From Candidatus Borrarchaeum weybense (GTDB lineage: Archaea; Asgardarchaeota; Sifarchaeia; Borrarchaeales; Borrarchaeaceae), in NCBI GenBank assembly GCA_019057385.1, contig JAHQJS010000006.1, positions 416,001 through 480,000 on the forward strand: a stretch of DNA of 64,000 bases, in the 5' to 3' direction. How positions within the stretch are numbered: position 1 is the first letter of the stretch; every line of letters starts with the position of its first letter. Under the pieces are notes generated by a model. The model ran no database searches and was not told the origin of the DNA. It was given only the letters and a program-made list of their open reading frames with translations. Shown one piece after another: positions 59,720 through 64,000 of the stretch. The translations under genes were made by a program, and so were the position numbers.

Positions 59720-60292
59720 GTGGATATCTTGTCCGAGGCTCCAAAATTCATATTCGAGTGCCAAAAGACTGGCAGATGTTGTTATTTAAGAGATCCTATC
59801 AAAATATACGATATCGACTTAGCTCGATGGTGGACCGATGGATCGTTTGGTACTGTTTTTCCTCATTTAAAACTTCATCTAACAGAGGCTCTAGTCCCAA
59901 ATGAAATAAAAATAGAGAAGACAATCCTTCAGGAAAATGAAAAAAGGCCTGATGAAGACAAATTTGATTCAGTCTGTCCATTATTAAACCGTGATACAAA
60001 AGAATGCACTATTTATTCAACACGTCCCATTACGTGTAAAGCTTTTCCGTTAGGATACAATGGAGAGAATTTTATTATTAGGGATTTAGAATGTCCTGGC
60101 ATCGATAAAGGTATTATGACCACTGAACGTCTAAAAACCGTACGTACTGCAGCAAAAAGAGAATACACTTCCAATAATAGAACTATGACTTTATTACCCG
60201 CCATTCATAGTCTGATAATGAAAGAGTTAACCGAATTGGCCATGAAAGAAGCCGAAGCTCAAAAAAGAACTGATATATCTGATTCTGAATAA
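59720..60292 (+). CDS. YkgJ family Cys-cluster (CxxCxxCC) protein
   Basis: FECQKTGRCC...CPLL....CTIYSTRPITCKAFP. Confidence 0.88.
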   Translation: MDILSEAPKFIFECQKTGRCCYLRDPIKIYDIDLARWWTDGSFGTVFPHLKLHLTEALVPNEIKIEKTILQENEKRPDEDKFDSVCPLLNRDTKECTIYSTRPITCKAFPLGYNGENFIIRDLECPGIDKGIMTTERLKTVRTAAKREYTSNNRTMTLLPAIHSLIMKELTELAMKEAEAQKRTDISDSE

Positions 60293-60304
60293 CTATTTTT
60301 AATT

Positions 60305-63300
60305 TCACTCGATTTCAAGTAGTTGTTTAACATCCATCCCTAATTCCATGGCACGTAATGTGATTTCTCTTTCGTCTAAATGAAGAATCAAGTTTTGCAA
60401 AGGAAAGTTTGCGTTAAGTTGTTTGAGAACAAAGATACATCTTTTTAGGACTTTCACTGCACGATCAAAATCATCAAAAGCTAATTGATCTGAGAGATTT
60501 TCAAACACTCTAGTCATGCCGATAAAGTCCTCAAAACTGCGGAAGTGATCAGCGGCCTTATAAGCGTATTCTACCATTAAATCTTGACTGAATTCTTGAA
60601 CTAGAAATGAAAATTTCTCGTATAATTTTGCACTTATTCGTGCTCTGTTTTCTACTTGTAATGTCTGTATAACTTCCTCAAAAACTGCCCTAGCCGCCTC
60701 AATAAATTCCGCACTTGTGAATTCTTCAGAAAGGCTTAAAAGAAGGTTCTCTAAAGTTTTAAGATCTTTAACTTCAGAGACTAATGTTTGAACAAACTTT
60801 TGTGCAGCTCTAACACCTTCTGTTTTCAATAGTTTTTGGATAGCTTGCTTTGCATATTCTTCAGCGGCATCAGGATTCTTAATTGTGTAATATATCTTTA
60901 TAATTTCAAGCGTAAATTGAGCACTATCTTCATATCTTCCTAAAGTATCAAGTTTGTCTATATATTTCTGCGCAATATCAATAGCCTTAGTTGGATCGTG
61001 AGCTTTAGTGATCTCAATTGCAGTTAACATCATTGTATTTGCCAGTTCAATATTTTGAGTTTCTGCGGCTAGCAGTTTTTTAACAAATCGAATGCAAAGT
61101 GCTGCGGCGTTTGTCCATTCTTCCGTCTTCGCTTTCAATTCAGCCAGGGTTTTGATTATTTCAGCTTGATCAGTTATTTTGAATTGATCATTTGTTTCAA
61201 AGGACTCAACAAGTTCCTGTAAAAAATTAATTGCATCATCATGTTTTTCTGATTTGAAGAAGTGGTGAGCCGCTGTCTTAGCATGCTTAACAGCACGATT
61301 GCACTGATTTAAAGAAATCAATTGTTCACAGAATTCTCTACTGATTATAGCTGCAATCGTCTCTCTATGTTCAGCGAGATTCATCTCAACAATAAACTCA
61401 ATTAATTTTTCAGCCCATCCAATATCTCCAGTTTCAACTATCTGATCTTTATATTGTGTAAGCAGCACAGTCCCTTTCCCTATGCCTTTAGATGCTTTAA
61501 AAAACTCCCTAAGTTGTGTGATGTATTCATATGCAGTTTCATAGTTTTTCTGCTGAATCAAAAATTCAATAAATGGCTTTAAAATATCTATTCCTGCGTT
61601 ATAATCGTGATCAACATTAATTGCCCGGTTTAAAAGTTGTTCAGTCAATTTCTTTGCTAAACTTAAGTCTTTGTCTTGTAAAATCTCTCTGTGTTCCGCT
61701 AATATAGTATATGCACTATCTATGTCTGCCATTTCTTCATAAAGTGTCGCTACCTGAGTGATGTATTCTAAGCAACTCGCGTAGACTTCGTTTTTAATTA
61801 GAATATCAATTGTATTCTCTAAGATTGGAATAAGCAATCTGAGTAAACGCTTTTCTTGATAATAATCAGTGATGTATGAAATAACTTTGAAGCCTTCTTC
61901 TGATTTCGAATTGACAAATATCTCATACGTGTCTAAATAAACTTTAATCGCTGTATAGGTATCTCCAGATGCTTCATAGGACTCATAAGCTTTTTCTAGA
62001 TATTCTAAAGCAAGGCTATAGTTCTCGGTTTTAAGAATCGCTTTTGCAAATGAAAAATTAAATTCAGCAACTCGTTTTGGTGCATTTGGTCCTCCAAGTT
62101 GTGAGATATATTCACTAACCTGATTAATAAACTCTGTAGCTAGATGCAAATCATCATCTTTGCATAACATCGGAAGCGCTTTTTCGTTATAAATTTTAAG
62201 TGCTTCATCGATATCTTCAGTATATTCTATTAATGTGAATAAACGATCAATGACTTCCTTAGCTTCACCAATTTCCTTCATTTTAGCTGCTGAACTTAGT
62301 GTTATTTCAGCTGTTTTATCAAAATCATCTTCATAAGATTGTATGGCGAAATCTGTAAATGTAATCAGATATTCACGTGCTTCACTCATCTGGTTGATCT
62401 TGATCAGGTCATCAACGGTTTCAAAGCCAAACTTAACGATTTTTTCAAATTCCTTTTGTTCAATGAAAATCTTTATGACAGCATTTACAAACTCTAAAGC
62501 TATAAGATATTTCTTTTCTTCTTCTTTCATTAGTCTTTTTGAAAGAGTAGATGCAAGTTCAAGTACTAGATCATCTTTACCTTCCTCTTGGAAATACTTA
62601 AAGCCCCTTTGCGAGAGTATAACTGCTTCTTCTTCCAATCTTTCATTTTCTGAAAGTAAATTGATAGCTTTTTCAGCAGTCTCCAGTAGATCAAATCGAT
62701 CTTCTAACGTTTCATAAAAATTAAGTGCTGATGTAAAGAATTCAACAATCTCTTCTTTAACTAAATTGTTCAATTCGTGATCATCTTCCGATACCTGGTC
62801 AAAATTGTTTAACAGGAATTCCCCGTATTCAACCGAATACTCCGCAAGTGTTCTCATTAGATCGGCTTTTTGTAATACTTCAACCGTTCTCTTCATATAT
62901 TGAATAATTACACGTAAATCAACTCGATATTCTGAATAACGTTTTATCAATGCATCTACTAGCATACTACAAAGTTTTGAAGCATCTAATAGCTGCCCTC
63001 GCTCAATTAATTTATTGATACTTTCATCCGCAAACTCAATGAAGAGATCAATATCTAATTCTAATAACTGCTCTGTAATATTCATTCTTAGTTTATTGGC
63101 ATCAGAATATTTTTCTCGCATATCAAGCAATGAAATTGCTTTTGAACCGAATTTTATTACGCCTAGTGAGTTCTTCAACTCACCGAATTTCCTTAATAAC
63201 TCAATTGAAAGTTCTGTCGCTTTTTCAATATCTTTATTTTCTTGAACAACCTGTAAGAAATGTTCAACTGCTTGATTGATAACAAGTTCCTCTTGAGGCC

Positions 63301-64000
63301 TTTGTCGGAGTTCCTGTATTACCTGTAGTACTTTTTCTGCCGCTAACAAAGCAGCTGATAAAGAAATTTGCGGAATTCCTTGATTCAATACTCTTGCTAT
63401 GTCTTCGTCAGTGAGTTCATTAATTTGTAACGTTTTTGACAAACTCTCTCCTGTATTAGTCGAAGAAAATGAGAGAAGCCATTTGTCCGCTCCACGTCGA
63501 TAAATATGTCCAGTTACGTCTTCCACATGTGCGATCCGGATGTCTTTTAGAAAGGCCATTCTTTCCTCGTCTTTCACACTGTCTTTCATCAACTCAATAT
63601 AACGATCAACATCTTTAGCAGTTCTTAATTCTTTTACGATTTCTTCCAGTGAAGGCATTTCTTCGATAGATATCTCATCACCACTTGATACTGAAACCTC
63701 TTCTTTCGGAAAATATTCTTCGATGTTGTTTAAGACGTCAACAAGTTTTTCTGCAGCATCATATGCTCCTGAAAAGGAAAAAAATTCTAACTGCTCATTT
63801 AACTTATCTGCAACATCATCTACAACTGTTGATGAAATATTTATTGCGAATGGGCTCTCTGATCGTCCATGAATTGCCATTATTTGCCATTCATTTGGAC
63901 TTCTCGCATGAATTTGAAGTGTGGTTTTTCCGCCCTCTACTACTATCTCTTTTATTAACAGTTCGGGCTTTTCTTCTGAGATTTCGCTTATGGGTGTTTC
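60305..64000 (-). CDS. Very large alpha-solenoid (TPR/SNAP-like) protein; 5' end lies beyond the window
   Basis: Frame stays open from 63880 to 64000; ~950 aa of acidic helical repeats preceded by two copies of a small alpha/beta domain. Confidence 0.8.
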   Translation of the reverse strand, partial: ETPISEISEEKPELLIKEIVVEGGKTTLQIHARSPNEWQIMAIHGRSESPFAINISSTVVDDVADKLNEQLEFFSFSGAYDAAEKLVDVLNNIEEYFPKEEVSVSSGDEISIEEMPSLEEIVKELRTAKDVDRYIELMKDSVKDEERMAFLKDIRIAHVEDVTGHIYRRGADKWLLSFSSTNTGESLSKTLQINELTDEDIARVLNQGIPQISLSAALLAAEKVLQVIQELRQRPQEELVINQAVEHFLQVVQENKDIEKATELSIELLRKFGELKNSLGVIKFGSKAISLLDMREKYSDANKLRMNITEQLLELDIDLFIEFADESINKLIERGQLLDASKLCSMLVDALIKRYSEYRVDLRVIIQYMKRTVEVLQKADLMRTLAEYSVEYGEFLLNNFDQVSEDDHELNNLVKEEIVEFFTSALNFYETLEDRFDLLETAEKAINLLSENERLEEEAVILSQRGFKYFQEEGKDDLVLELASTLSKRLMKEEEKKYLIALEFVNAVIKIFIEQKEFEKIVKFGFETVDDLIKINQMSEAREYLITFTDFAIQSYEDDFDKTAEITLSSAAKMKEIGEAKEVIDRLFTLIEYTEDIDEALKIYNEKALPMLCKDDDLHLATEFINQVSEYISQLGGPNAPKRVAEFNFSFAKAILKTENYSLALEYLEKAYESYEASGDTYTAIKVYLDTYEIFVNSKSEEGFKVISYITDYYQEKRLLRLLIPILENTIDILIKNEVYASCLEYITQVATLYEEMADIDSAYTILAEHREILQDKDLSLAKKLTEQLLNRAINVDHDYNAGIDILKPFIEFLIQQKNYETAYEYITQLREFFKASKGIGKGTVLLTQYKDQIVETGDIGWAEKLIEFIVEMNLAEHRETIAAIISREFCEQLISLNQCNRAVKHAKTAAHHFFKSEKHDDAINFLQELVESFETNDQFKITDQAEIIKTLAELKAKTEEWTNAAALCIRFVKKLLAAETQNIELANTMMLTAIEITKAHDPTKAIDIAQKYIDKLDTLGRYEDSAQFTLEIIKIYYTIKNPDAAEEYAKQAIQKLLKTEGVRAAQKFVQTLVSEVKDLKTLENLLLSLSEEFTSAEFIEAARAVFEEVIQTLQVENRARISAKLYEKFSFLVQEFSQDLMVEYAYKAADHFRSFEDFIGMTRVFENLSDQLAFDDFDRAVKVLKRCIFVLKQLNANFPLQNLILHLDEREITLRAMELGMDVKQLLEIE

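Noticed and set aside
1-64000. CRISPR array or cas operon
   Set aside because: No regularly spaced direct repeats; the repeated hairpins are dispersed IS ends.

Overview
AT-rich archaeal chromosomal segment, most likely from an Asgard archaeon. The evidence is an archaeal histone fold, RpoK, a PAC2 proteasome chaperone, a longin-domain protein, a small GTPase, long HEAT/TPR-like solenoids and a 9/4-fold tRNA-Sec; the class cannot be fixed from sequence alone. Housekeeping and metabolic genes include ino1, class II RNR with two inteins, a Co/Ni ECF transporter with NikR, IlvA, a corrinoid methyl-transfer trio, GGPP synthase, mevalonate kinase, malic enzyme and ClC with TrkA. These are interspersed with uncharacterised multidomain proteins and at least six IS200/IS605-family relics. 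Most notable: (1) an N-formylglutamate-amidohydrolase-like enzyme fused to a histone fold, head-to-head with a GCS2/YbdK-type carboxylate-amine ligase, a candidate chromatin-tethered amide write/erase pair; (2) a degenerate UppP-like membrane domain fused to HEAT solenoid, hinge and Ig-like domain, an adaptin-like layout; (3) a ~390-bp non-autonomous IS605 element carrying a multi-pseudoknot RNA upstream of an omegaRNA-like end; (4) tRNA-Sec with a BHB intron in the T-loop; (5) a Cren7-like domain fused to a winged helix; (6) three genes missed or truncated by the ORF track (two CTG starts and a 44-aa Cys peptide). No CRISPR array or rRNA was seen. All family assignments are by eye from motifs; no database search was run.
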